Assembly (NCBI GenBank): GCA_002633005.1 | Contig: NMRA01000569.1 | Location: forward strand, 199,774-263,773 | Length of the DNA: 64,000 nucleotides | Source: Phoronis australis | Lineage: Eukaryota; Animalia; Phoronida | Reading direction: 5' to 3' | Notes under the pieces: generated by a model | Database searches by the model: none | What the model saw: only the letters and a program-made list of their open reading frames with translations | Told to the model about the DNA's origin: nothing | In this document: piece by piece, positions 1-11,655 of the stretch | How the letters are laid out: each line of letters opens with the position of its first letter | Position numbering within the stretch: the stretch's first letter is position 1 | Translations under genes and position numbers: made by a program

Positions 1-159
1 TTTGCTGTCATTCGAACAAGAAAGAAACATGCAAACAGTGGGCTAAATTCCAAGGAAAATATCCCTTTTTTATGTGAATTCCAATTTTTTTCCCTGAACG
101 GGAGGGGGGTTCCTCCCTTTTGAACCTCCCATTCACCAGGAGATATGACCTCATAACAC

Positions 160-720
160 CTGCAGCACGCAGTGTTAAAAATGGTGAATTACTGATTTTG
201 GTAACTGAACGAGGGAACGAGGGACTGCTTGAAGAAAAAGTTTGATAACAGGAGTATTTGTTCGAGTTGGAAGGAATTAAATACATCGACGGCCTCCTAA
301 GGTGTTCCTCTATGCGCAGTGTTCTCCATAACACAAATTTTGAACTCGACTAGAATTACAAAATTTATTATGTTCGAATGTCCATACTATGAGGAGTTCC
401 TGTTTTAAGTCTTAGAATAATGCATAACTGGTACCAAAAAGGCGAAATGTCTTTATCTCCCAAAACTTTAAACTTGTTGCATCAGTTTTCAAACTCGATG
501 TAATGAAGCCAAACTTGTCGTGGCAAAATTCAAACTCGACACAGTGACGAGTCAAAACAGGTTGTGGAGAACACCGATCCGCAAAAGGTAATTTATTACG
601 TGACTCTGATGTTTAAGTCAGTGTGAGGCATAATTGGTCAAAAACCTTCCAGCCTATGAAGCGCCTATAGGAGCTACACTGTCTCTACTGGCTGTGCCAG
701 TAGACAGTGGTCACAGTCTA
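160..720 (+). repeat. Dispersed repeat family A (other copies at about 830-1025, 1530-1615, 51110-51350, 57150-57316 on minus, 58330-58660)
   Basis: Shared blocks aaaaagtttgataacaggagtatttg, ggaattaaa(g/t)acatcgac, ctaaggtgt and agtcagtgtgaggcataa recur at these sites. Confidence 0.8.
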
Positions 721-1047
721 TATGAATCATTATCTCTTTTATGACCCACAACGCGTGACTGGACAAAGCCTTTTCAAATTAGTGTAAGTAAGCCAATAGA
801 GTGTGAAACCCGGGAGGTCTGTCGAGCTGTCCTTTGTTCAGTTCCCCAAATCGGCAACTGGCCAGTTTTAACACTGCACGCAGCAGGTGGTATGGCGTCA
901 TATCCCCTAGTGTGTGCTATGTAAAAATGGCCATCAGTTTCCGATTTTAGGAACTGAATGAAGGACTACTCCAAGAAAAAGTTTGACAACGTGAGTATTT
1001 GTCACAGCATCCTAAGGTGTTTTAATATGTAGTAATAGCCAAGATTA

Positions 1048-1112
1048 CCCGACCCGGGAACTGAACCAGCAACCCCCATAAAATCGGCAAGAATGCTAAC
1101 CATTCAGCTAAT
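1048..1112 (-). mobile_element. Degenerate tRNA-derived SINE head
   Basis: Minus strand has an A-box-like TAGCTGAATGG and a B-box-like GGTTCAGTTCC at tRNA-like spacing; no intact cloverleaf. Confidence 0.5.
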
Positions 1113-1162
1113 AGGCAATTGCCCATTAGTGAGTAGCTATTACTACAGAGGCACATCTAAAA

Positions 1163-1513
1163 CACAGGCGTCCTCAGCTTCTGATCGTCCCCAATACACT
1201 ACATATATTACTACAAGGTAGGACACTCCCGACTAGAAATTCCACGGGTGCTTCACTTCAGCCGTCCATAGCAAACATAAAACTCAATAAATTTACACAA
1301 AACAGGGGTTCAACAAACCATGAAGAATTGTTCTTTCTCCCAATACAATTCTTCATGGTTTGTTGAACCCTTGTTTTGTGTAAATTTATTGAGTTTTATG
1401 TTTGCTATGGACGGCTGAAGTGAAGCACCCGTGGAATTTCTAGTCAGGAGTGTCCAACCTTGTAGTATTATATGTAGTGTATTGGGGACGATCAGAAGCT
1501 GAGGACGCCTGTG
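1163..1513. mobile_element. Foldback MITE with an 8-bp TSD (P-element- or hAT-like)
   Basis: About 168-bp near-perfect inverted arms CACAGGCGTCCTCAG...CTGAGGACGCCTGTG around a short loop. Direct repeat ATCTAAAA at 1155-1162 and 1514-1521. A partial extra copy of the end lies at about 2346-2390. Confidence 0.88.
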
Positions 1514-2392
1514 ATCTAAAACAAATCTGTGAAGCATAATTCGCCGAAAAGCTTCTAGCGTACAAGGGTCCTATGGGGCCATCACTGCCTCTACTGCTAA
1601 GTAGAGACAGTGACAGTGGAACTATCAAAAGTTACTAGTACTAGTTGGCTACTTAGCACTTTAAGTTTAAGTATCCCTGACCCTGCCCCTGGCCTGGGCC
1701 TGGGCCAGGCAGCCTACGCTACATCGTACATGTGTATATCTTCGTGCTATGACACATTACACATAGCATGTACATACCTTCCTTCACGTGGCATGATGTT
1801 CGTTAACGCTCGATTCTTGTTATTATCTTTCCACTGTGATGGTCCAAAATATTATTTTACCTCCCCGGCCTTGCACAAAATACGAAATACCTACGACTTT
1901 TGAAAAATGGCCCCCTTTGTCTGCTGTCAGAAAGAGGTCAAGAAGTCGTGCAAAGCAAATAAGAATATCCTAAAATCCAACCCATTTTTGTTATATTACG
2001 TGAAGAGTACTGTTTCTATGTTTTTTGTTTCACAAAAAATTCAATATAAGCACAAATTATAGAATTTAATACAAACGCAAAAACTACACTGTCGCAAATA
2101 ACTGACACTTCTCGGCAAAACTTCTGCGGCGTGGTGTTCGAGTTGTGCACGATTTTCTGTTTTTTTTAAGTAAGTAAACATTGACTAAAGTGATAGACAA
2201 CTCTTGAATATTAATATATTGTCAACAGCGAAGTTTCTTGGGACTGGATGGATGTAGCGGTTCCTAATGTAGAGAATCGGTTTCATCCACTGAAATTGGC
2301 TGAAGTAACGACCTGTCCTGTGCCTGTGGTTCTTGCACTTCTACACACAGGCGTCCTCAGCTTCTGATCGTCCCCAATACAACACTATATAA

Positions 2393-4873
2393 GAGGGGAA
2401 GTTCGGGTAAATTCGGACAAAACCTCCTAGTTCGACTTTCTTACCCTACTGAAGGTTTATGTGTCAGCTAATAACATTTAGACAGTAATGGGATCTTTGC
2501 AAATCATTTGAGAAACCAACCAATGAGATTCTTCGTTACTAGTTCACTTCCAATGCCTTCGAATTTCAAGAGTAATAACAATGGTCAAAATCGAGGAAAT
2601 TCGGACACAGGTTTGGAAAATCGGACAGTGTGTCGGGGAAATTCGGGCCAGCAAATTCTGAATAGGTAAAACTCGGACAAAATATATAAAAGCTCGATTT
2701 TCATGTGTGTTGCTAATTATTGTCATTACTAATTATGGGATTCACTATGCTATCAAATTTGTGCAATCACATGAACCCCAAACTTTATAAAAAATAACAT
2801 TTCAACTTTGGCACATCACTGACCTCTCGGGGTCAAAGGTCAACTCCTGGATATCATGGTGCCGTACGTCCGTCACAAAAAAGTGTTGAAAAGTTTAGTC
2901 ATGTTAAAAGTTTTTAATCAAAATTAAAATAATTTCAGATTCTCTTATAACTTGTTTCTCAATACTATTGACCAAAATTTTGGATCCCAGGGATTATTCG
3001 TTTAGTCAGAAATTGCGGGACAGATATGCAGCAAAGTTGTCCGTCCGTCAAGTACGTCCGTCACACCCATGAAATTGCAATTTTTCAGCCAATAAAAATA
3101 ACCTTAGGTCATATTTTTACTTTCTAAACTTGCATAAGATAAAATGTATGTCACACCTAAAAACCTTAAAACAATAAAATATTACAAAGGCAGCTTTAAA
3201 ATTAAGTGAAGTTGTTACAGATTTTAAGTAAATGCATTGAATTTTTTCAATTTCAAAAGCATTTGCAGAAAAGTTATAGTTTACAATGTCATCTAGTTAT
3301 TCTTAGTAGAATTCAACTTATTAAAATCAAACAGTTGGACCACATTATAAAATGTAAATAAAACAAAATGTTAATTTAGTGAACTTATTGTTTTTTCTGT
3401 TGGTACCCCGTGTTAGTAAGAAGTGCTTAGCTTTTGGGAAATTCAAGATGCAAAAATATTCATACAAAAGAAATCCTAAGGTGCTCTAGAGTATATGCAA
3501 AGAACAAGAGACCTAAAGAAATACATGTCAAGTTCCTATAGCACTGGAATCAACATGTTATTTCTGCTCCGACCTGCTATGCTTTGTTTTGTGTTGAAAA
3601 AGCCGATACTGGGAATTTTCTAGCAGTAGGAATCTGTCACCTACTTTATTGAGCATTTTTGTCACACCCTCACTGGCCGTAGGCACTCTTTTTGTGTTTT
3701 TCAGTGTAGTGGGTCATTGAGTGGCTTGTATGAAATTATTTCATAGCAAATGATTACATTGTCTCATCTAACATATTTTTGATCCTTCAATATTTTTAAG
3801 AAGTAGACTAATTTTTTTCTGCTAAGCTTCGAGGAGATTAAACCGGCATTTAGAAAGGATAGAGGAAATTGTTGGGAGACCACGGGAAGAACAGACGCAC
3901 CTGGGAGAAGAATAAACATCTGTTGGAATATTCTCTGAAACTGAAAAAATGCCACCGTGGATCAAGAAATTCATAATTGTACTTGGGCGAGTTGTAATTA
4001 AAAAAAAAATTAATTAAAATGTATTTTTATGACAGTGATTAATAATGGTTTAAACTTTATTTCACATTTTATATTTTTACTCTCATGTTAACTTATTAGT
4101 TTTTAATTAGTGTTCTATTTAACGCTTAAAAACAGATTTTCCTGATAACTAACAGCTGTCAAATACAAAATGATTATCATCACTCTCAATCCAACCGATA
4201 ATGCTTACCCTCTTCAAAAGAATGTGAAGATTTTAGGTAATTGTTTTATATCTTTATTCAAATGTATTGAAAAGTTAAAATCCTAAAGTATTTTCCTAGT
4301 ATAGCCCTACCTGTGATGATTTCGTGCAAAAGGTCAATCGGTTCATTTTAATAAAAAACATTGAATTTGTAGCAAAAGACCAATATAGCTTAAATACTGC
4401 AAAAGTTTAAATCATTCTGAATTGATATCTTAGTCACAACAAACAATTTAATTCTAGAAATTCAGAGCGTACGTCCGTCAGGTATGTCCGTCACACTAAC
4501 TAAACTTATATCGAGCTGTCTGACAAAAATTTCATAGAAGATATCAATCAAAAAATTAGCGTGTTTTACTTTGCAAACATTCCATTAAATCATCATTTAA
4601 AACATAAAATTTAACTTAATGCAACTCGCAGAAAATTCCGTTAAAAAGGTTTTTAAAAATAAAATTCAAATTCTCTGCATACGACCGTCACACCCCTTTA
4701 AAGGCAATTTTCTCAGTCAGATTAAAAGATAGGGGAAATGTTGATACATGCTTTAAAAGCTATCAATGAGACCTATCAATTGATGTATTAATTATTTCCC
4801 TAGGATGAATATTTTTTTCCCAGTTGATCAAAGTGTTCTCTGATTGTATGTCCTTCTCTAATGGAATTGTCCT
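2393..4873. mobile_element. Putative non-autonomous DNA transposon (Sola-like GAG...CTC ends) with subterminal motif arrays
   Basis: About five AAATTCGGACA-like motifs at 2410-2680 and several oppositely oriented (T/C)GTCCGTCAC motifs at 2863-4692. Termini GAGG...CCTC are only weakly complementary and no TSD is seen. Confidence 0.4.
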
Positions 4874-6893
4874 CTAGTCTTATTCATAGTAGGCATGTAA
4901 CCCATCGTCTGACTATTACAAGGGCTACAATAGTCCCCATTACTTTCTGTACTCATCCTGGTATTTTAAACAGGCGGTAGCCGAAATACGGTCACCAAGT
5001 TTAGTAGGTTTCGGCACTGGTTGGATAAATCAGTTCCCGATTTTGAGACCAGACAATCACTGAATAACAACCTTGGCGTTGTTATTCACTCAGTGACAGT
5101 GAATGAAACTAGTTCTCAAAATCAGGGACTGCTATATCTGACCAGTGTCGGGGTTTACACCTCGTCAAAAATAAGTTCATTTAAAATTATTTATCAAGTT
5201 CTTCAATGGTTTTTTCTGTCATTGCGCATATCTCTGATCACAGGTTTCACGTTTAATCAACTTGTGACAAGTCTCGTCACTATATGTTGCGGTTCTCAAG
5301 ATTTAGCGCCTGTCTTACGACAGTGGATTGGTTTGATTGGCTACTTTAAGTTTCTGGCCTTCTGTTAGTAGCTAATCAAAGCAATCCACAGTCGTAAGAA
5401 TGGTGCTATGATCTCGAGAACCACGACACGTGACAAGATTGAACTTGTCGGAAGGTGATTCAACATGGAGTGAATGAGGGTTACGGACCTTTTTGTCTCT
5501 CATGAAGAGTAAATGAAAAGGTGGGTGGAAGTAAGCGTCTGTGTCTTCAATGAAGCATATGTATGGGTATAAGATGATAATCACAAAGTATTTCAAATGA
5601 CGTCACTTAAGTTAGGCAAGGACAAACACAAGACTGAGCGAAGTGCATGACACTTGAAAAAAAATAGTATGGAATTGTAAGATTTGTGTCCTTTGGAGTT
5701 TTTATTCATCAGCAGGCATGATTTCACATAACTTCCTCAAAATGGTATCCAGGGAGAGAAACTCGTTCGAACCATGACAGATTTTCATGGATATGTTTAA
5801 ATTATGTTGACTAAATTGTCTCCAGAGTCATGTTATATGTTTAAAACTCCATGTGTATATATGCATGTTTCATACGATTTTATTTGCTGTATTTTGAGAT
5901 TAGTAACTTAATGGGGGTGTACCTTTGCCCTTGTATGCCTGTGGCAGTACCAAGCAATGTAATTGCCTAGTTCTTACTAGTTACATAGAATCACATCTGT
6001 TGACGAATAAAAGGTCTAAGGGACACAAATTCCACCTGATATCTTTCTGGTTAAAAATGTTGAATTGAACAGAATAGCGGGTTAAGATATGTTTGCGTGA
6101 ACCTCGACTGTTTTTCATGGATATGTACAATCGTGTTGACTACCATAAATTGTGTCCAGATTCATGGTATGTGTTAATTGTAACTTGATCAATGTGTATA
6201 TAGGCGTGCTTCATTGGATGTTAATGGCTGTATGTTGAAAGGAGTAACCTCAGTGGTTGACGTTAACACTAACTCGCCAAATGTGACCAAACAAAATGTG
6301 AGGTCGCCTAAACTGACGTCTGAAATTGTTCCATTCTCCGTATTAACTACACATGCCTTCCACTTCTCCTCATAAATGTAGGATATTTAACTCGATTCAT
6401 CCTGCCAACGGAGAACGCAGATGATCGGATACACTGGAGGGTGGCATGTGTTTCATGGTCTGACCGTGCTCGATTTGTGCTGAACAGTACTGACTTCCGT
6501 CTGCTTACTTGTAATTTAAGCATGCGTTTGATGTGTCCTGACTGCTGAGGATAGCAAATGCGCTGATTTCACAAAATAAATATAAAAATTGTGAACCATA
6601 GGTATCAAATCTAGGAAATATGTTATTAATTTAAGTTAGGAAGTTACAATGAATTGTAACAAATTTCAGGGGAATCTCTGTAGCTACTTATAATTTTTTC
6701 CAGGTCGCCAAACACAATCTGAGGTCCGCAGGTTGCCAAATCGAGCACTGAAGTTTTGATGGCAGTATATTATCACCTGTGAACACCGCATACATATACT
6801 TGTTGATTTATATATCATGGAGAATAGTATTCATTTGAAATCTGTCTCTCAAATGTAAAATTTTGTTGTAACTCTGGTGTTTCTACCTTTCAG

Positions 6894-9800
6894 TGGGTGG
6901 TCGAGGTCGGGGCTTCAGCCCCAGGGGAGGTGGTCGAGGAGGATTTGGTCGAGGAGGTAAGGGACTTTGAGGTTATGACGTGGAGTAGTAAGGACCCTGC
7001 AAAACTGTTCAAATTTGGCTTACTTAGGAACATCGTGTCTCAGATTGTTATGAAACTTAGATACTATATTTTCTGCACTGTTCTCCATAATATCTGTTGG
7101 GTCCATATTGGCTTGAGGGCTATCAAAAATAGGACTTGTGTGTTTTTTATGAAAAATTCCTGAAGTTGTTCTATAAAATGAAATGGAGTGATAATTAAGA
7201 AATTAACAACGTTTTTGCGATTTCACCTTGAACATTTAATATATTGAATGAAATTAGGTTGTGTTGTTGATACCATTATTTTGTTCTGAATGTACCTTTC
7301 ACTTTATGGTAAATTTTACTAAAAAAACATGGTCACGTGATCCACCTAATGGCAGTTTGGTACAGAGTCATAACTCAAATTTTATAGGTTTTCTATTTTC
7401 TAACAGTTTGTTGTTACATAAGAACAGGCCCTACAAATTGACATGTCATGGTATATCCATTGTATTCACTGATTTTGGTCATAAACCGTAATCGGACCTC
7501 ATCTGAAAATGGAACAACTTGAAACCAACTTTATTGCAACATGTATTTTGAAAGTGTTTCTTCTTGAAATTATCTTTTCTGTTGAGGTGAAGAGAGTCTA
7601 TGTCAATTTATAGACAAATGCTCTTGTGGCAATTTCAAAATATTAGGTTGTCCATGCTATGTTTGTCAGCTTAGGATCTACATAAAGTTTAGTATTATGT
7701 TTTTGCCATGAATAGAAAGGCTCTAAGTAATACTGCTCCCCCTCGTGTTTCTTGAGGCTTCAAGAATCTTGATGAAGTTAGGTGGCTATGTTTCTATTTT
7801 CTTCATCTAGTTCTCTACCCTTCCCAAACTTTAGAAATTTCTTCATGAAACATGTAGTTATGTATGTAATTTGGGGGGGAGGAGCACACACCATTTGTAG
7901 GTGAAATGTGATGCTTTTCACCATTGACTTTATATGGTATTTACAGGAGGTTTCAGAGGTGGCAGAGGTGGTGGAGGCCGGTTTGACAAATATGCAGATC
8001 AGGGACCACCAGAGGAAGTGATGGGTAAGCACTGTAGCTCACTCTTGTTTCACACCTGTCCATATACCTGGTTTACAATAATATCAGATTCACTGTATTC
8101 TGTTGTCCTTGACACGGGGCTTGGAATTTTCCGCGGAAACGCGGATTTCCGCTTTTTTCAAATGTGCTGTCCGCTTTTTTTATAATATTTCCGCGTAAAA
8201 AAAAATTGGATTTGATATAAAATTTCCGCGGCAAATTCCTTTCTTACCGCGGCGTCGCAGACGACATTCACCTCGAAAAGCGGAAGTTGCTCTTTATGTT
8301 TCTGAGGAACGTAAATTGTCAACATTGCACCTGGGGCACCTGGGACAGCGTGGTGGGATTTTCAATGGCGTCTAGTGTTATCGTTAAGCGCGGCGACAAA
8401 TACTACTGCTCTGCAGCCAAAAATGTGTGGGGTTGGGAGTGGACGGGCGAGCTAAGAGCTAAAAGGACGCAGACGCAAGGTACTGATGGTGGTAACGTTT
8501 TTTTTTTTTTTAGTCTTCCCGATTTTTTTTGTCGAGGAAAGGTTCACATCCACCATTTCCAAGGCATGATTTGGGCCGTAAAAGTTTTCGCGTTTTTTGT
8601 CATTGGTCATTCCAAGCCCTGTTGACAACTTGTTGTGTTTGAAGAAAGCTTTGTCTCAAAGAGTATTTTTTATGCGCCCACATATTTATATGTGGACGCA
8701 TTATTTGTAGTGTTAGTAGTTGAAAAATAGTTTGATAATGACTTTGTTCGTTAATAGTGAAAGACGGGGAAATTCAAGTAATGTCCTGAAAACAAGTCGT
8801 GTGAAGTTAAGTACCAGGCTAAAAATTTATGTTTTTTTCAGAGGTTGGCTCTTATGTTCACCCATCGGAGGATGATTTGGTTTGCAAGTGCACTCTAGAA
8901 AAAGTTCCACATTTCAATGCACCGATATACCTGGAAAATAAACAACAGATAGGAAAAATAGACGAGATCTTCGGACCCATCAGAGACTTTGTATCCTTTC
9001 ATTATTAATTTTGTGTTATACAAAAGCTTGATAGTTACTTTGTAACATTCACGTTGAATAAGAATATTTCATTTTCTGCATAATTGTGATACCCTTGTGG
9101 TCTAAATCAGATTTTATGACCATCATAATGGTCAGTGGTCTTATTTTTATAATTTTGTTTTCTTAACACAGATCAGTATTTTTCAGTAAAGTTGTCAGAT
9201 AATGTGAAAGCATCATCATTTTCCAAAAGTCAGAAAGTAAGTTTATTATGAAGGCCAACAAGTTTGAATGTCGACACTCACTGTGCGTATTCACAGGCTT
9301 GTGTGTAGTTCAGTTTTTATGCGCCCACATATTTATATCTGTCCGTCATCTCTGTCTTTGCGTCCGCAGCTGTATCTCCTAAGCCTCTTACAGGATCTTG
9401 ATAAGATTTGGCAGACTTGTTTCTATGAAGCTGACGACAGATGACAACGAATTTCAGACGGATACGACTACCAGTGTTTCCCCTATTGGCAATTGTAGTT
9501 TTTTACGTTTACCTCTGTATCTTCAAAGGTCCTCAGCGGATTTTCATGAAGTTTGGCACTTAGGTATCAGAATTGGTTAAATGCACGACACTTTTCATTG
9601 TTCACAGTCTTTATTCCATTACGCTCGTACTTTCGGAACAAAACTCTACTCTCAACTGAACATAGATAAAGTAACTGACCTAGCGACATAATTAAAAGAC
9701 ACACGATATTTCAAAACATACTTGTTTCATTCTCAAATGAAGATAAAATGACGCAGTAATGCCACCACAGAGCATAAGCTGATGACACACACAGTGGGAC

Positions 9801-11655
9801 ACGGCGAGTTTGAAATACTGCAAAGAAGGACTAATGAAGGGGAGGTAACAGGAAAGTCGCGCAAACAAGTGTAACGTGCAGCGCGACCCTGTTTGCTACA
9901 TGTGCCTCAGTTACCTAGGTCCTAGATGGATCTTCATGGAATTTAGTATACATGTATTGCAGTTAAGGAAAGTACACCTTACATTGCAATTTAGGTATTC
10001 TTTGTGTGTGGCTCTATATCTACCAGCTTCCTTCATAGATTTTCATGAAATTGGACAAACACATGTATCAAGGAGACCAGAGTACTTTCTTTGTTTCAGA
10101 CAAGTTTGACGTATACTGCACTGCCTAGGATTCTTTTTCATTATTTGTTATGTGATGCTATTCAACAGAAACATACTGTTTGCACTTAAGTCGTGGGGAC
10201 ATTTCAATGCTTTGTGTTTGTCTTGTTCACATTGTGTGAATATTGCCATTTTTGAAAAAATCCATGAAAAGTGGACAATTACCTTAAGATGGACATTTAT
10301 TTGCAATTAAAAAGAAATAAAATTGGTGTCATTGTATACTATGTTTCATAATTTTGGCTTCCCATGTCAGTTTTGCATCATGCATAAAATCTTTTAGTTC
10401 TTTTATTTTGTTCGTTGTTCTACTCTTAATAAGTTGGTCTTTATAAAACATACACAACACATGCAAGGTTTTCATTGGCATTCTTCATTCTAATGTTGCT
10501 CAACTTTCCATTCTCGTGTTTTCAGTTTTTCATTGACCCTATGAAGTTATTACCACTACAGAGGTTTTTGCCAGGTGGCCAGACTCGAGGTGGTAGAGGT
10601 CGAGGTATGGTGGTTCACCTATACTTTATTGTGTCGCATATTATTCAGTGACACGAAAAGGTGACACAAATATGCATTTCTGTTCAAGCAGTATTACATT
10701 GACTAATATTCTTTGGGACCTTGGCCTGCGACCACGAAACTTGACTCGTGATTTGAGTGCAAAACTGACCGATCGCATCTCGTGATGTTGAAAAAATTAT
10801 TTGAAGCGTGGCACACGGTTCATGAAATTTCGAGTAAAATTTAGTGGTCCTGCCCCTTTGCGTTCCTCTCTGGATTTAAGAGTTCAACTGCCATTTCCTT
10901 CTCAGTGTGAGCGGAACCTCAAAATAAGGATACTTAAAATGTTCAACTCCTGTGGAAAAAGTTTTTGAGTACAAGCAGTTGCATGTCAGAGTTAAACACA
11001 AGTGTGAACATTACATACAATTTACTATTTAGAAGTAATTAAGGCTGTATTGAAACTGCTGCCTTTCTAGTTTGGCACACAACTTTTTTGATGACAACAT
11101 TAATTCAGACCAGTCCTGTGTACAATCAAGACTGCAGTGGAGTATTCTGCCTGCTAGATTTGCATATTTTTTTAGAAAATTGCAGATTTTAGCCGAGAGG
11201 TGTGATGCGTAAAAGCAGGCATATGACACTGTCCATATGATTTCATTTTATTGAAGATCTGGAGTGATTCTTAAGATAATACTCTCGGGCCAGCAATTGA
11301 TGGTAGAACTTTACCACCATTAGCAAGTTCAAAGCAGATTTTCACACTAGCCTTGAGTACGGTGTACTGATTTTAATCTTATGTTTCCCCAGCGGAACAT
11401 ATTCTCTCAGATGTGCTGCTACTAACGTTTGATGTTCTAGGTCGTGGTGGTGATAGAGGTCGTGGGGGTCGTGGCGGAGGAAGAGGCGGTGGGAGAGGAG
11501 GCTTCAGAGGTGGAAGTCGTGGTGGATCCAGGGGTGGACGAGGTGGCTTTGGCGGACGAGGGGGTTTCGGTGGTAGAGGAGGATTCAGGGGCAGCCCAAG
11601 AGGTGGCGGAGGGTTCAACAGAGGTGGTGGAAACACAAGGAAAACATTTGATTAG
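6894..11655 (+). CDS. GAR1: H/ACA ribonucleoprotein complex subunit 1 (GAR1/NOLA1), spliced; start codon not located
   Basis: Exons 6894-6956, 7947-8024, 8842-8990, 9177-9236, 10526-10604, 11441-11655, with AG/GT borders and consistent phases. Translation: RGG-rich N-terminus, core [98 protein letters not shown]-rich C-terminus ending RKTFD*. Confidence 0.96.
8115..8621 (+). mobile_element. MITE with hAT-like TIR and 6-bp TSD (copy 1, in a GAR1 intron)
   Basis: TIR CGGGGCTTGGAAT...ATTCCAAGCCCTG. TTGACA is repeated at 8109-8114 and 8622-8627. Homologous to 24761-25256. Confidence 0.88.
8991..9176 (+). other. U12-type (minor spliceosome) GT-AG intron in GAR1
   Basis: The 5' splice site is GTATCCTTT. 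A branch-site-like TTCTTAAC at 9160-9167 lies just upstream of the AG at 9175-9176, with no polypyrimidine tract between them. Confidence 0.88.
9313..10228 (+). mobile_element. HINE/DINE-1-like (Helentron-associated) element; relatives on minus at about 21290-21975 and 50510-51670
   Basis: Starts tttttatgcgcccacatattt (also at 8667), continues with ctgtccgtc-type microsatellite-like motifs and repeated ttcatgaaatttgg-like cores, and ends gtggggacatttcaatgctttg...tcttgtt. The reverse complement of this end resembles 50550-50573. Confidence 0.5.
10862..11018 (+). ncRNA. Candidate intronic box H/ACA snoRNA/scaRNA (A)
   Basis: Hairpin 1 closed by GTTCC/GGAAC (10862-10917). H box AAAATA at 10921-10926. 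Hairpin 2 closed by a perfect 8-bp stem AATGTTCA/TGAACATT (10938-11012), followed directly by ACA-NNN. Confidence 0.5.
11148..11349 (+). ncRNA. Candidate intronic box H/ACA snoRNA/scaRNA (B)
   Basis: Hairpin 1 closed by TGCCTGCT/AGCAGGCA (11148-11221). H box ATATGA at 11221-11226 (again at 11235-11240). Hairpin 2 closed by GAAGATCTG/CAGATTTTC (11253-11343), followed directly by ACA-NNN. Ends about 90 nt before the 3' splice site. Confidence 0.5.

Noticed and set aside
5731-5752. GAR1 start exon ATG|GTATCC as a second U12 donor
   Set aside because: Phase 0 does not fit the phase-1 acceptor at 6893, the donor lacks the TT of GTATCCTT, and the same acttcctcaaaatg string recurs near 55623.
5780-6250. 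Short local duplications (5780-5920 versus 6110-6250; also about 19873-19920 and 37271-37360)
   Set aside because: Ordinary local duplications with no coding or structural signal.
8730-8795. Box C/D snoRNA in a GAR1 intron
   Set aside because: CTGA is present, but there is no good RTGATGA C box and the terminal stem is weak.
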